Shown here: piece after piece, positions 1 to 12,430 of the stretch
How positions within the stretch are numbered: the stretch's first letter is position 1
Layout of the letters: each line of letters begins with the position of its first letter
From: Octopus vulgaris
Taxonomy: Eukaryota
Direction: 5' to 3'
DNA length: 64,000 bases
Assembly (NCBI GenBank): GCA_951406725.2
Contig: OX597818.1
Coordinates: 14,756,001-14,820,000 of the forward strand
Program-made: the position numbers and the translations under genes
The notes under the pieces: model-generated
What the model was told of the DNA's origin: nothing
Seen by the model: only the letters and a program-made list of their open reading frames with translations
Database searches by the model: none

Positions 1-1196
1 GGCATGATTTCTACAGCTGGAAACCTATCCTAATGCCAACCACTTTACACAGGAGTTTTTTGTGACACCGGCATTATTGAATTTGGCATTCAGCTAACAA
101 GTCTACAAAACCCAGTGGACTGTGGGTGCATCCTTATGTTAAATAGGGGTTAGGGTATGAGAGAAAACGTTCGCGTAAAAAAAGATTCTTGCTGTAGAAA
201 GTTGGGGAATGAATTGATGGCATATCCATGAAAGTAAAATAGTGATGAGGTGTTTGCCAACCTTCATCTGACTCCACTCAAGGTAATATTTTCTTTGACC
301 AAACATGGAAGATTGAAAATGAACAACATCGCTTGTAGGACGGTGGCGCTCGTTTACAACCATTGTGTGATGTCATGACAACGAGACATACACACACACG
401 CACACACATATTTATATATAGAGAGATGTTAGTCCGGACAGAGGCAATGTGGTTGATGCCAGTGTCCCATAACTGGCACCCGTGCCGGTGGCACATAAAA
501 GCACCCGTTACACTCTTGGAGTGGTTGGCGTCAGGAAGGGCATCCAGCCATAGAAACTGTGCGGAATCAAGTGGAATTTGGTGCAGTTCCTCAGATTACT
601 AGCCCTGGTCAAACCATCCAACCCATGTCAGCATGGACAACGGACGTTAACTGATGATGATGATACATTATACAAAGGGCTTCTTTCAGTTTCCACTTGT
701 GTGTGTGTGCGCACGCACACTTTTGTTAAGTCTCATCTGAATCAAAAGTCCTTTTTCAATAATTTGGTCTCCTTGACCAAATTTTTAAAATCCTGTATAT
801 CTAAAGATTGTTTTCTTGCTTGACCTCAAATCGGCTTTGATTCAGCAGACCTCTGATAGAGGTTTTCAAGTTACAACCAGTCACAATAATGTATCGAAGA
901 TAAATATAGCTCTTTTTGTTTTGTTCTTTTAAGATGGTTGGGTGCTGTCTGAGAAAGATTTGGCTACTATTTCTAGCAGAATGTGTGATTGTATAGAGAG
1001 TCCCATTCTGACTCAGAGGAATTTAAGTAGGTGCACTAGGTGGGGATTGCACACAGGTTGCTAGTTCACAGAAACAAGAACCATTGTAGTGAATGACTGC
1101 AACATATTCGTAACTGAAAGTTTCATTTGTCTGGTTTTCTTATACATATGAACCAACAAAGTTAGTAGCAACGCTGACTACAAGAATATTGGTAAA

Positions 1197-1430
1197 AAGG
1201 CGGCGAGCTGGCAGAAACGTTAGCATGTCGGGCAAAATGCTTAGTGGTATTTCGTCTGCCGTTACGTTCTGGATTCAAATTCTGCCGAGGTCGACTTTGC
1301 CTTTCATTCTTTCGGGGTCAATAAATTAAGTACCAGTTACGCACTGGGTTTGATGTAATCGACTTAATCTGTTTGTCTGTCCTTGTTTGTCCCCTCTGTG
1401 TTAAGCCCCTTGTGGGTAGTAAAGAAATAT
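1197..1430 (+). mobile_element. tRNA-derived SINE, family B (AAGGCGGCGAGCTGGCAGAA... head; GCCTTTCATCCTTTCGGGGTCGATAAA central domain)
   Basis: A-box-like TGGCAGAAAC and B-box-like ATTCAAATTC; the same sequence recurs about 20 times in the window. Confidence 0.85.
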
Positions 1431-2842
1431 ATAAGAATATTGGCAAACAGTTTTTATGTTTTTTTTTCATTTCAAATGTGTTGCGAGGCTACCACCATCC
1501 AAGTACGGGTGTCAGTGTACATCAGCAAGGGAGTCAAAATATCAAAACATCCATCTACCTTCAGAATTCTACTGTCAAGAAAGTAATACAGCCAGTCACT
1601 TAAACTAACATACCAGAATGCTCTAAATGTTTCAAGCATATATGAAGATATGGAAGCCTCTATCTTCAGGTTTGTATATGTTAAAGAGACAATTTTATTA
1701 AACAATATTTTGTTTCAAATAGCGTTCAGACTGATAAATCAGTTTTGAAATAGGTAATTTTTGACTGTCCAGAAAATAAAAGCCAACAAATATTTTAGTT
1801 ATAAGATTTTAATTTATGAGACCTTTTTTAAAGAATATTTTAATGTGCATATTTATGTAAATATTTTGTAGTTAATTTTTGATATTTTACATAAATTCTG
1901 CGGTTATTTTTCATGTTTTTTGAATTTATAGAGAATGTTTTCAATAAATCATCTTAATTATATTTACTTCCTATATATATTTGCTTATGTCTAACAGCAT
2001 GACTTTTGAATGGGAATAATTTACAGCAAATTTTACATCAATAAGTTTTTTGTCTCAGTACATTCCACTTATGATTAATAAGATTGTTTCTCTCGCAAAA
2101 GTTTTAATGGCAAATACTGTATTTTCTGTTATACAAGGTGAACAAGTATATAGTGTAAACATTCAAACATCATCACCTTCTTACCAAATCGTTCTGCATT
2201 TCACATGGAATTTTTAGTCCTCCAAAATCCTCTTGGTGAATAAGCCAACCTACCAGTAACTATTTTGGCTATAAATTTTGGTCTGAAAACTTCGATTTGT
2301 ATGCCAGAAAATACCATAACAGTAACGAGATCTTTTCTAGGATGTAATTGGGAATTATATGCTTACAACTCAGAAAATTACTTCTAACATATTTCACAAT
2401 GATAATTTTTTTCCCAGTCAGTATTCAACCGTGTATTACATGTGAAGACTTAGTTTACACTGAATTATTTCACACGCATTTAAAATTGATATAATTTGTT
2501 TAGGTTTTGGGGTCACCCCAAACACACACCAGTGTGTATTCATATGGCAATTTCTAGTTTATAATTCACATATAAGGATTCTCATAAATATTTTAGTGAA
2601 AGGTGTAATGTATGATCGAATATAAAGGGAACAACTTTAGCTAACACCAGCAGATTTCCTGTGAATGCTGGGATAACATGACATTTTAAATTGATGGCAG
2701 AAGAAAAGTAAGCAAAATGCCCTGTTGTTGTTGTCATCTCTGCCCACCCAGTTACTTGTGTTTCCTTGTACCCCAGGTTAGTGTTGCCTTGATTCTGTAT
2801 ATATATTCTATTGCATAATACAATTTGTATCTACCCCAGCAA

Positions 2843-2869
<27 letters not shown>

Positions 2870-2875
<6 letters not shown>

Positions 2876-3560
2876 CATGCATGCATACATACATATATGG
2901 GTACAGGACGTCACCAATGATGCAAATAACATGAAATATGTAAACAAACGCGAGGAAAACGGGTGAAGTACGGAAAAAATGGAAAACAGCACAAGTTAAC
3001 ACAGAGAAAGGACTCTTCATCAGTTGTCGGCTGTCTATCTACTCCTCATTTCGAGTATTTAACGACAATATGAGTCTCCAAAGATAGTTGCTCCCATGAA
3101 TTCTAAAATAAGATTTAGGATTTATGGAGGGTCAAAGCTGGGAACAGAAAAATGACAGTGGAGACATACAGGGAAACCGAACGAAAGCAAACATGGAGGG
3201 TCGTTAGACCAGAACGAGAGGAAAATAGCGAACACTGCGAGAGAAGAGAGAGAGAGGAAAACACGTCCGTCCATTTAAACGTCCATGCAGGAAATGAAAG
3301 ATGGTCACGTAAAGAAAAGTAAGATGGACGATGGTCACGTGTGAGCAATGAGAGAGAGAGAAAGAGAGAAAAAGAGAAAGAGGGAAGAGAGAGACAGATA
3401 GCAAAACAGTGAAGGAGGGGGGGGGAGAAAAGGGAAATACAGAAGGATGGAGGAAGAAAACAGTATAGAGTTGAGAGTGGCTTCAAATAGGCGAAGATAA
3501 ACTTACTTGGAAATGGATGCGTCGCGTTGAATTAAATAATAAATAATAGGTAATGTATAA
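2870..3560 (-). mobile_element. Penelope-like/retrozyme-like non-coding element fragment in a (TA)n tract, carrying a permuted hammerhead
   Basis: 2890-3077 is repeated at 3625-3797; flanked by (TA)n; hammerhead core CTGATGA and GAAA on the minus strand. Confidence 0.6.
3012..3087 (-). ncRNA. Candidate non-circularly permuted (pseudoknotted) hammerhead ribozyme
   Basis: Minus strand CTATCT..CTCAT A TTGTCG ttaaat ACTC GAA ATGAG gagt AGATAG acagc CGACAA CTGATGA A GAGT; all three stems pair and the core is intact. Confidence 0.7.
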
Positions 3561-3563
3561 TAT

Positions 3564-3569
<6 letters not shown>

Positions 3570-3623
<54 letters not shown>

Positions 3624-3797
3624 GCATACATGCATTTATGGGTACAGGACATCACCAGCGATGCAAATAACATGAAATACGTAAACAACGAGGAAAAAGG
3701 GAAAACAGGACAAGTTAACACAGAGAAAGGACCCTTCATTAGTTGTCGGCTGTCTATCTACTCCTCATTTCTAGCATTCAACGACAATATGAGTCTT
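3570..3797 (-). mobile_element. Second, 5'-truncated copy of the 2870-3560 element, with a mutated permuted hammerhead
   Basis: Direct repeat of 2890-3077; core reads CTAATGA; bounded by (TA)n. Confidence 0.65.
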
Positions 3798-4039
3798 ATA
3801 TATATAGATACATTTTTCTCAAATGAGTCTTTTACATATATATATATATATATTATTCTCCCGCAGGAATGTTGGTGACAATGACTTAGCTGGTTGAAAC
3901 TTTAAGTCACTGTCAACAAGATTAATAAATTTGTACCCTTCAAAAGTATTGATTAACCCATCAGATTAATGTAAAACTGTTTTTATTTTAATTGAACATA
4001 GAAACAAACATCAATATATATGTATATATATAACTAAGC

Positions 4040-4352
4040 CTCCGTCGGTTACAACGACGAGGGTTCCAGTTGATCCGATCAACGGAAAAGCTTACTCGTG
4101 AAATTAATATGCAAGTGGCTGAGCACTCCACAGACACATGTACCCTTAAAGAGTTCTCAGGGAGATTCAGTGTGACACAGAATGTGACAAGGCCGGCCTT
4201 TGAAATACAGCTACTACTCATCGTTGCCAGCTGAGTGAACTGGAGTAACGTGAAATAAAGTGCCTTGCTCAAGGGTCACAATGCAACGCCGGGAATTGAA
4301 TTCACGACCCTATGATCGTGTGGCGAATACCCTAACCCCTAAGCAACGCGCC
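4040..4352 (-). mobile_element. tRNA-derived CORE-type SINE (family C)
   Basis: Minus strand GGCGCGTTGCTTAGGGGTTAGGG head, GAATTCAATTCCC B-box, CCTTGAGCAAGGCACTT CORE-like motif. Confidence 0.8.
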
Positions 4353-4395
4353 TTTACATATATACGTATATATGGTTAGTATATTTGTAGAAAGT

Positions 4396-4655
4396 GGAGG
4401 CGCGTGGCTTAGTGGTTAGGGTGTCAGCACCATGATCGTAAGATTGTGGTTTCGATTCCTGGACCGGGCGACGCGTTGTGTTCTTGAGAAAAACACTTCA
4501 TTTCACGTTGCTCCAGTCCCCTCAGCTGGCAAAAATGAGTAACGCTGCGATGGACTGGCGTCTCGTCCAGCTGGGGAACACATACGCCATAGAAACCGGG
4601 AAACCGGGCCCATGAGCTTGGCTAGGATTTAAAAGGGCGCATTTATTTATTTTAT
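4396..4655 (+). mobile_element. tRNA-derived CORE-type SINE (family C variant), head-to-head with the previous copy
   Basis: TGGCTTAGTGGTTAG A-box, GGTTTCGATTCC B-box, TTCTTGAGAAAAACACTT CORE-like motif, TTTA tail. Confidence 0.8.
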
Positions 4656-5534
4656 TATATTTGTAGAAAATTCAGTTGCGATGTATAAATATCAAAAATA
4701 GCATCCACTTCTTTGCAGAGTGTAGTTTCAATCTAAGGATTGCAATGTACAATTCTGTTCAACAAGTGATTAAGCAAGATATAGGCTACAATTTCTTATA
4801 TTGTCCATTCTGGGTTACATTACTTCTGTTACATCATCCATTATTTGTTATGGGATTGTTTCAAATGAGTAAAATATTGTAACTACATGATGCATGCTCT
4901 GTTGAGTTTTCATGAGTTAAATTTGACAAACCACAAATACACAGATTTATGCGTACAAATTTTCCTGGATATTTCTTCATTTGCCATTTTCAGATCACCC
5001 TAGAAGCAAATGAAGTCTATAAACGTTTCCCTAGTTTGTAGATGACGAGAAGAGAATTAAAAAGATGAATGAATTCTGTAGTGAGAATATTCAGCATTTA
5101 CCCGAATATCGCAATTTGCTGTAGTGTTACTCACATGATGAGAGAATCTGACCAATCGCAACATCACTTGGAAAAGATCCAGTGATGAACGGGATCTGAT
5201 CAATCACGATTTACATGGACAAATATCAAGTTTTGGCGTCTTCCTTCATGAGCCTGTAGAAGAGACGATATGGCAGACAAACGTGGGCAGCTCCTGAATC
5301 GAGCTAACATCACTTTGATAAACTACTGACAGCAACACAGAGCTGGCTTTCAATATAACAAACTATCCCCAGCAACTCAATGACTAGCAGTGACTTTTCT
5401 AATACTATTTCAATTACAATAACATACAAACCCTCACACAAGAAATAAAGTTTATTCGTAAAGAACTGAACATATTTCATCATTTTCTTCTATGTACGTC
5501 TTGTCACCACTTGTAAATATTGTTTAATTTTCTA

Positions 5535-5840
5535 TTATCAAGGGGATAGTTTCACAAGAGCGATACCAGAATACACAACAGCTGAAGGACGTTGTTTCGG
5601 CAGCCTTTGCAACAATCACCAAAGCACAGCTTTGTAAAAAATCACACAGGTAATGACACAGCATCATTTTGTACCACGAAAATTACGGTGTTCATACAGA
5701 CCTTCTAGATGTGTGACATTGTCAGTGCCAATGAAAGTGAATATACTAAAACCAGTACATGTGTTTGATATTATTATATTGTTCCTTTATTGTTCTTATT
5801 AATTTTCGGTAGGGCTGACAAGACTTTAGGACCACCCTAT
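5535..5840 (+). pseudogene. Decayed Tc1/mariner transposase C-terminus with terminal inverted repeat
   Basis: Translates IKGIVSQERYQNTQQLKDVVSAAFATIT...ENYGVHTDLLDV*; ends GACTTTAGGACCACCCTA+TA, resembling a CAGGGTGGTCC-type TIR. Confidence 0.5.
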
Positions 5841-6437
5841 ACAATATTGACTTCCGACGCTAGATATAACAGCCAGCACCCAACAGCCATCAGTCAGCCC
5901 CCAACATCAGCAGTTAACAAATCAGCTCAAGCAGAAGTAGCACTCACATATAACAGCCACAATTCTAACATATTTCATAATAAATATCCTCTAATGTGTA
6001 CTTGTAGATGGACTATACAAGTTAAGGTTTTCAATAAATATTTTTCATTGTTAAAAAGCTTGTCTGTAACGTGTGCTTGTGTGACTTTTAGTAATTGTTA
6101 GTGATAAATTATTTCCCACATATATAACAGCGTTAAGGTGTGTATGTTTTGCGCACAACAAGATAGGAATTACGTGAGAAATGTTTCCCACATATTTCAC
6201 ATTCATAGGGTTTTTCTGCAGTAAAATATTTTATCTGCATAACTGTATTTGTTTAAATCATTATTATAAAAACATATATAATTTCCCACTGATTTGACAA
6301 TAATAAGGTTTCTCTCCACTATATGTTCTTTTGTGTCTGTTTAAACACCTATTATCAGTATATGATTTGTAGCATGTTTCACGATGAAAGGGGATTTCTC
6401 CAGTATTTATACTTTTGTGCTATATTAAATTAATGAA

Positions 6438-7095
6438 AGAGGTGGCGAGCTAGCAGAATCGTTAGCATGCCATGCAAAAATTCTTAGTAGCATTTTATCC
6501 GCTTTTACATTCTTGAGTTCAAATTCTATTGAGGTTGACTTTGCCTTTCATCCATTTGGGGTTGGTAAAATATGAGGGGGTGCTGAAAAGTTCCTGGTTC
6601 TGGATGAAAGAAGATAGAGGAGGATCAATTAATTATGATTTTATCCAACTCAGATTCACCTCGCCCCACCGCCTCAGATTCATACACTTATAAACAGCGG
6701 TCCTTCAGTTTTTCTAAGCCATGTAAAAGAACTAAGATGTTTGGGACTCCAGCCAGGCCTTTCGCGATACCCTTAAAACCGGGAACTTTTCATCACTCAC
6801 TCGTAAGTAACAGTTGAACACTGGGATTGATCTAATTGACTTGCTTCCTCTCCCGAAATTACTGGCCCTGTGAAACTAATATTTAATTGAACTAAGGTGG
6901 CAAGATGGCAGAAATGCTAGCACACCGGGAAAATGCTTAGCGGCATTTCGTCCGTTTTTACGCTCTCAGTTCAAATTCCGCTGAGGTCGACTTTATCTTT
7001 CATCCTTTCGGTAAAATAAGTACCAGCTGAACACTTCAGTCGACCTAATTGACCTCACCCAAAATTACTGGCCTTGTACTAAAATTTGAAACCAA
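6438..7095 (+). mobile_element. Two tandem family B SINEs, the first interrupted by a mariner MITE
   Basis: Match to the 1197-1430 sequence. Confidence 0.8.
6573..6803 (-). mobile_element. Non-autonomous mariner element
   Basis: TA TSD; TIR TGAGGGGGTGCTGAAAAGTTCCTGG / CCGGGAACTTTTCATCACTCACTCG; inverse copy at 47772-47989. Confidence 0.85.
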
Positions 7096-7619
7096 TAGAA
7101 GCGATAAAATATTTTCTATGAATTTGGTAGACAGAAACTGAAAAAAGCCCATCGTGTGTGTGTGTGTCTGTGTGTCTGTGTGCGCGCGCGCTTTCTTTTG
7201 TCCTGATTTCACATGATAGTTGTCAAGTGAGTGTCACTATCATACAAACAGTGACCTTCATTTCCCATCTTCTGTGAAAACATATCTAGCCACAGGGAAA
7301 ATGCGGCTTTGCTTATAAACAGGCGAAGGATAGTTACACGTGAGGCATCCATTGAAAATCAACCTGGAATTCCATCTAACCCATGCAAGCAGGAAAAAGT
7401 GGATGTTTAGATGATGATGATATTTTACAGAGATATTGTTCTCCCTTTCCTACAAAACTCAATAATATTCAGGAATATTTCTGTGAGATACCTAAATACT
7501 AAGTCTATATCCATCGCTACGCTGCCGGTAAAGATCTTTGTTAGTCATGCATATACCTTCTTTTAAATTAGATTATTGTATAATGAAATCTCGTTAGTTA
7601 CTATGATGACAACACTTTA

Positions 7620-7810
7620 CCTATCTCTATCTTTCACACACACATACTCGCTTTCTGTCTCTCTTTCCCGCTCTCTCACTCTCTCTCTCTCTCTCTTTCT
7701 ACCTCTTATTCTCTCTCTCTCTATCTCTCTCTCTCTTTCTACCTCTTATTCTCTCTCTCTCTCTTTGCCTTCTCTCTCTCTCTACCTCTCTCTCTCTCTA
7801 TTTCTCTCAC
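7620..7810. repeat. Degenerate (CT)n microsatellite
   Basis: Direct reading. Confidence 0.9.
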
Positions 7811-8675
7811 TGAATTCCTCTCACATGAACAACAGCAGTAACTGCCTGTCATAATAGTGAAAGTCTTTTGTAGAATCTGTGTTGTGTTGTCTCTGTTGCA
7901 ACACAAACAGCTAAAAAACAAACAATATTATTATATAGTGAAAGTCTTTTTCATTTATTTTTTAAAGCTTGCATGGCATTATGTTGACAAACTAGCACTT
8001 AAAATTCACGTATTTTTATCACAACTTGTTCGCAGAAATATGGTGATAACACTACCTATCTATCTATCTTTCACAAACACCCTTTCTATATTATTGTATT
8101 TCTCTCTCGGCGACAACAACTTTCTCCTCCCCTTTTCCTTCCTTCATATATATCTTGTGGCGGACAGACAAATGGAAATCAGCTTCGGGATAGCTACATC
8201 TCAGTCTACATTTGCTCTACATAGACATATTATACCTTTTGGGAAACGGTATGAACCCAGGATTGAAAATCTGTCCTTCGTTTGGTTCTTGAACGTCCAG
8301 CATTGGGATCAGGTCTGGATGAGGATTTGTTATATGCCAACAGTTGAAAATTCAAATTCTAAAAGAACTCCCAAAATTTGTGAACTTACAAATTTTTCAT
8401 TTAAAATGAATTTAAAGTAATACCATATTGGTATGGTAGTAATAAATGCCTTATTATTATTGCTTTCTTTAGTTTTGGGTTGCAGGCCCAATTAGCCCTC
8501 CATAGGAGTTAGCTTAAAATTACGGCTTTTAAACTAGTAGAATGTAAGGAGATGATGTTGTCCGGGTTAATAGGATATTGGTTAAATATCTGTTAGGGCT
8601 TCATTCGAGACATTTTGCTGGATATTTTGTTTACAACTGTTCATGACATTGTAAGCAGAGCATCTCTCATCTCAC

Positions 8676-8679
<4 letters not shown>

Positions 8680-8747
<68 letters not shown>

Positions 8748-8750
8748 TCT
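8680..8750. repeat. (CT)n microsatellite
   Basis: Direct reading. Confidence 0.95.
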
Positions 8751-9439
8751 CAGTTAAATCTGTAATTCATAGGTTAAGCCTCGTCACATAGTATCATGTT
8801 GATTCGACTTGAGAGGTGCGTTGAATATTCGTTTGTATGTGAAATGCTCAGCCACTTGCTTTGCAAGTTAGTCGAACATCTAAATTCCTTTTAGAGATTG
8901 ACATCCACCGTCGAGACCGACGGAGAACAACCACTCTCTTGGGGTTTATTGGTGCTAAACAAAAATGGTGGTAAATATTATATGTAAGATACTGTATTGT
9001 ATATGATATCAATACTGTGCAAATAAACTGATCTGTAAACATATGATATGATAGGGTTGGTATAACATGTGACAGCTATACAGGATGTGTCTTATTGTTA
9101 ATTTTGTAGTTATCACCGACTAAAATGAGGTCAATGTCTGTAGTTAGTATAAAGGAACTACACATGCACGCACACATGCAGACACAAACACACACACACA
9201 CTTAAAGGAATATTTACATTTGTATATGCTAGTGTATGTAAACAAGTAAAATTGAGCGATTTAGAAGTTTGCTTGCAATTACAAGGCTCCAGCTTCGATC
9301 TCACTGCACAGCTCCATGAGCAAGTAACTTCGTATCATAGCCTCGGGTTGATCTATTGGTAAAAACAACGCAGAAGTCCATTGCGCGCGCACACACGCAC
9401 ACACGCACACACATATAGTCAATTCAAATAACAAACATT

Positions 9440-9715
9440 AAAGAATCAGAGAAAAAGAAAAGAAAATAAACGTACGTGAGAACGTGCACAAGAAATATAT
9501 TAATTTGACGCTTGGTGAAAGGAGAAAGTTGTTAACATTTCGAGTATAGCTCTTCGTCGGAAAGAGAAGAGTCCAAGGAGATAAGAAGGAAAAATAAGGA
9601 AAAACGACATTAAAGCCACATGCGGTTACATTTCTGAAGTGACCGGAAATGAAAGGAGAACAAGAAAGTGGTTTCTGGCATATGAGAATGAGAAGATGGT
9701 CAGTGTTTGTGCGTG
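9440..9715 (-). mobile_element. Penelope-like terminal fragment with a degenerate minimal hammerhead (about 9532-9564)
   Basis: Minus strand CTTT CCGACGA A GAG CTATA CTC GAAA TGTT; shares TTGACGCTTGG..GAAA context with 20075-20200. Confidence 0.5.
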
Positions 9716-9717
9716 TC

Positions 9718-9749
<32 letters not shown>

Positions 9750-9972
9750 TGTGTGTGTGTGGTAGCGTATCTGCGTGTGTGTGTTCCCTGTTGTACTCTT
9801 TCGCCCCCAACTTTCTCTCAGTCTTTCTTCTTGTTTCTTGAGTAACGCTGCGATAGACTTGCGTCCCGTCCAGCTGCGGGGAACACATACGACACAGAAA
9901 CCGGGAAATCGGGCCAATGAGCCTGGCTAAGCTTGAAAAAGGGTGCATGAATAAAATAAATGATAATATACA

Positions 9973-10032
<60 letters not shown>

Positions 10033-10902
10033 TAATTTTAAAATAATACAATCGTATGCTTAATCTTTCAATAAGATAATCATGAGCTCCCAGACTAATG
10101 AGATTAGTGAGGGTGGTATTCAATGCGAATAAGCCAGTATTAGAAGAAGAATTGTAAGCCAGGGAGAAATTCCAAACAGAGATAACTTGGAGAAAGAATT
10201 CGGCAAAATGTTTAGTGCTGAGTCTGAGAGTTATGACCAAAACAAAAAATATAAAATAGCGTGACAGAATGTCGAATGGGTGGAATGAGTGGCCTTGGAT
10301 TAAAAGAGTAAGTACAAGCATACCTCAACATACGTCGTTTAGGGTTATGTCATCTTCGACCTTACGTCGTTATTTTTTTTAAAGAAATAAATGGAAAAAT
10401 ATAAAACTCAACTTCATTCAATTTATCCGGCTTTACGTTGATTTCAGTGAACACATTTAAAAGCATAAACATTAAAGTAAAAAAGAAAACAGCCAAAAAA
10501 ATCAATACATACGAGGAAAATTATATAAAATACATGTGAAAATATATACACCTCATTTATTAAAGCAGATGTGAGCTAATGAAGTTTTAAAATGTCTTTT
10601 TCGTGTTACAACGTTTTCGAGTTAAGTCACATTACTTGAAACCACTTACCGATTTAAGTTGAGGTATGTCTATACTTAATTCACGCGAGCAGAAGCTATT
10701 GGAATGTGGATTTCAAATTTTGGTACAAGGCCAGCGATCATGGGGGAAGGAGTAAGTCGATTACATCGAGCCAAGTACTGAAGTGGTACTTATTTCATCG
10801 ACATTGGGAGGATGAAATGCAAAGTCGAACTCGGCAGAATTTGAACTCAGGACGTGAAGACCACTAAGCATTTTGCCTGGCGTGCTAACGTAATAAAAAA
10901 AA

Positions 10903-10967
<65 letters not shown>

Positions 10968-10968
<1 letters not shown>

Positions 10969-11545
10969 CACTTCAAAATCAGCACTCCTGCTCTCCTGCT
11001 TACTGGTATGAACATCACACTACAAAATCAACACTCCTGCTTATTGATATGAACATCATCCTGAGCCAGGCGTTGAAAGTAAAAATGTCACTATCCTCTG
11101 AGATTCTCCAGTCAACGCTGACAGAACGATCCAGGCTAATCGACCAGACATAATTATTAAAGACAGGGAAGTAAATACGTGTAGGCTAATAAAATATACC
11201 TGGAAATTGAAATACAAAAGATGCGGCATCTTAAAACGAGAACTGTTCCTGTTAATGTAGGTGCCCTAGGCGTGGTAAAAAAAAAAATGGGATGTCAGAA
11301 ACATCTAGATAAGATCCCAGAAGAACTATGTCTCAGAAAAATCCATACAGATTGTACTGACAAGTACTGCCCACATCGTTAGAAAAACCCTATCCATTGT
11401 TGTATTACATGAAGATATTTCGCTACTTCCCTTCCTCGAGCTTTCAGTTGTACTGTAACATCTCTTATCCTTCATTCACCCCAGGACAATGGGTGTCTCG
11501 GTAGGTGACTGCAACAAATATGCAGATTAATAGTAAACAACAATA
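10968..11545 (+). mobile_element. 5'-truncated R4/Dong-clade non-LTR retrotransposon (restriction-like endonuclease end plus 3' UTR) within (AAT)n
   Basis: Translates YEHHPEPGVESKNVTIL*DSPVNADRTIQANRPDIIIKD...VPVNVGALGV...TSTAHIVRKTLSI; (AAT)n on both sides. Confidence 0.85.
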
Positions 11546-11559
11546 ATAATAATAATAAT

Positions 11560-11750
11560 CCTTTCTACTAAAGGCACAAGGCCTGCAATTTGGGGGTACG
11601 GGACTAGTCGAGTGCATCGGCCCCAGTGTTTCACTGGTACTTGTTTCATCAACCCTGAAAGGATAAAAAAGAAAGTCGACCTCGGCGAAATTTGAAATGT
11701 CGCTAAGCATTTTGCCCGGCATGCCAACGATTCTGCAAGCTCGCTGCCTC
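11560..11750 (-). mobile_element. Family B SINE with (ATT)n tail
   Basis: Match to family B copies. Confidence 0.8.
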
Positions 11751-11751
11751 A

Positions 11752-11752
11752 A

Positions 11753-11797
<45 letters not shown>

Positions 11798-11815
11798 AAT
11801 TACTACTACTACAAT

Positions 11816-11860
<45 letters not shown>

Positions 11861-11880
11861 AAATAATAATAATAATAATA
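11752..11880. repeat. (ACT)n/(AAT)n compound microsatellite
   Basis: Direct reading. Confidence 0.95.
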
Positions 11881-12430
11881 AATGCCCTGATACAGTACCA
11901 GGCCGTGGCTCCCATTGCTTCTGATCTTAACTGATTGGAAGTGTTATCATGTACATTGTTTTGTCTTGGTATAAAAGATGGGCTACAGCAAATATTCTGC
12001 TCAATACCACAGATTTGCTTGTCAGTTTCTTGACCTTAACCAGTCGAGCATGTCCCTTACTGGCTGACGATATGTGCACCTCTGATCACGAGCAGAAGTA
12101 GTCGGGGAGCATCATAGCCATGTGTTGAAAGAGATTCTTTGAGGTTTGAATAATTCACCTCTGGAAACATGGGTGTTTCGTTCAACATTCTTAAACAATC
12201 CTTATTCAGGGACCTTTTGAGCGGGATGAGTTACTCGACCAGAAGAAAATTCTAACTGGGCCCCACCTGCAAGGTCATGTGCTGTGTATCTTGCTATGAG
12301 ATCACCGTGTCATTGTGATGCATGTGCCTAGTGTACCCTTATCAGATGGGTAGTCATGATGGGTATACTGGGCTTCATATATTTTACCCCATTGTCATTT
12401 TGATGGCATGCACTGCTCTCTCACTCAATA
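11880..12430 (+). mobile_element. About 550-bp non-coding element flanked by (AAT)n, copy 1
   Basis: AAATGCCCTGAT...CACTGCTCTCTCACTC(AAT)n; further copies at 46577, 47735 and 61055. Confidence 0.8.

Noticed and set aside
7857-8420. 187-aa ORF
   Set aside because: No recognisable motif, non-ATG start, composition typical of random AT-rich DNA.
12055-12260. CTGACGA plus GAAACATGG in the 550-bp element as a hammerhead
   Set aside because: The cleavage position would be G and the stems do not connect to the core; better read as a simple hairpin.
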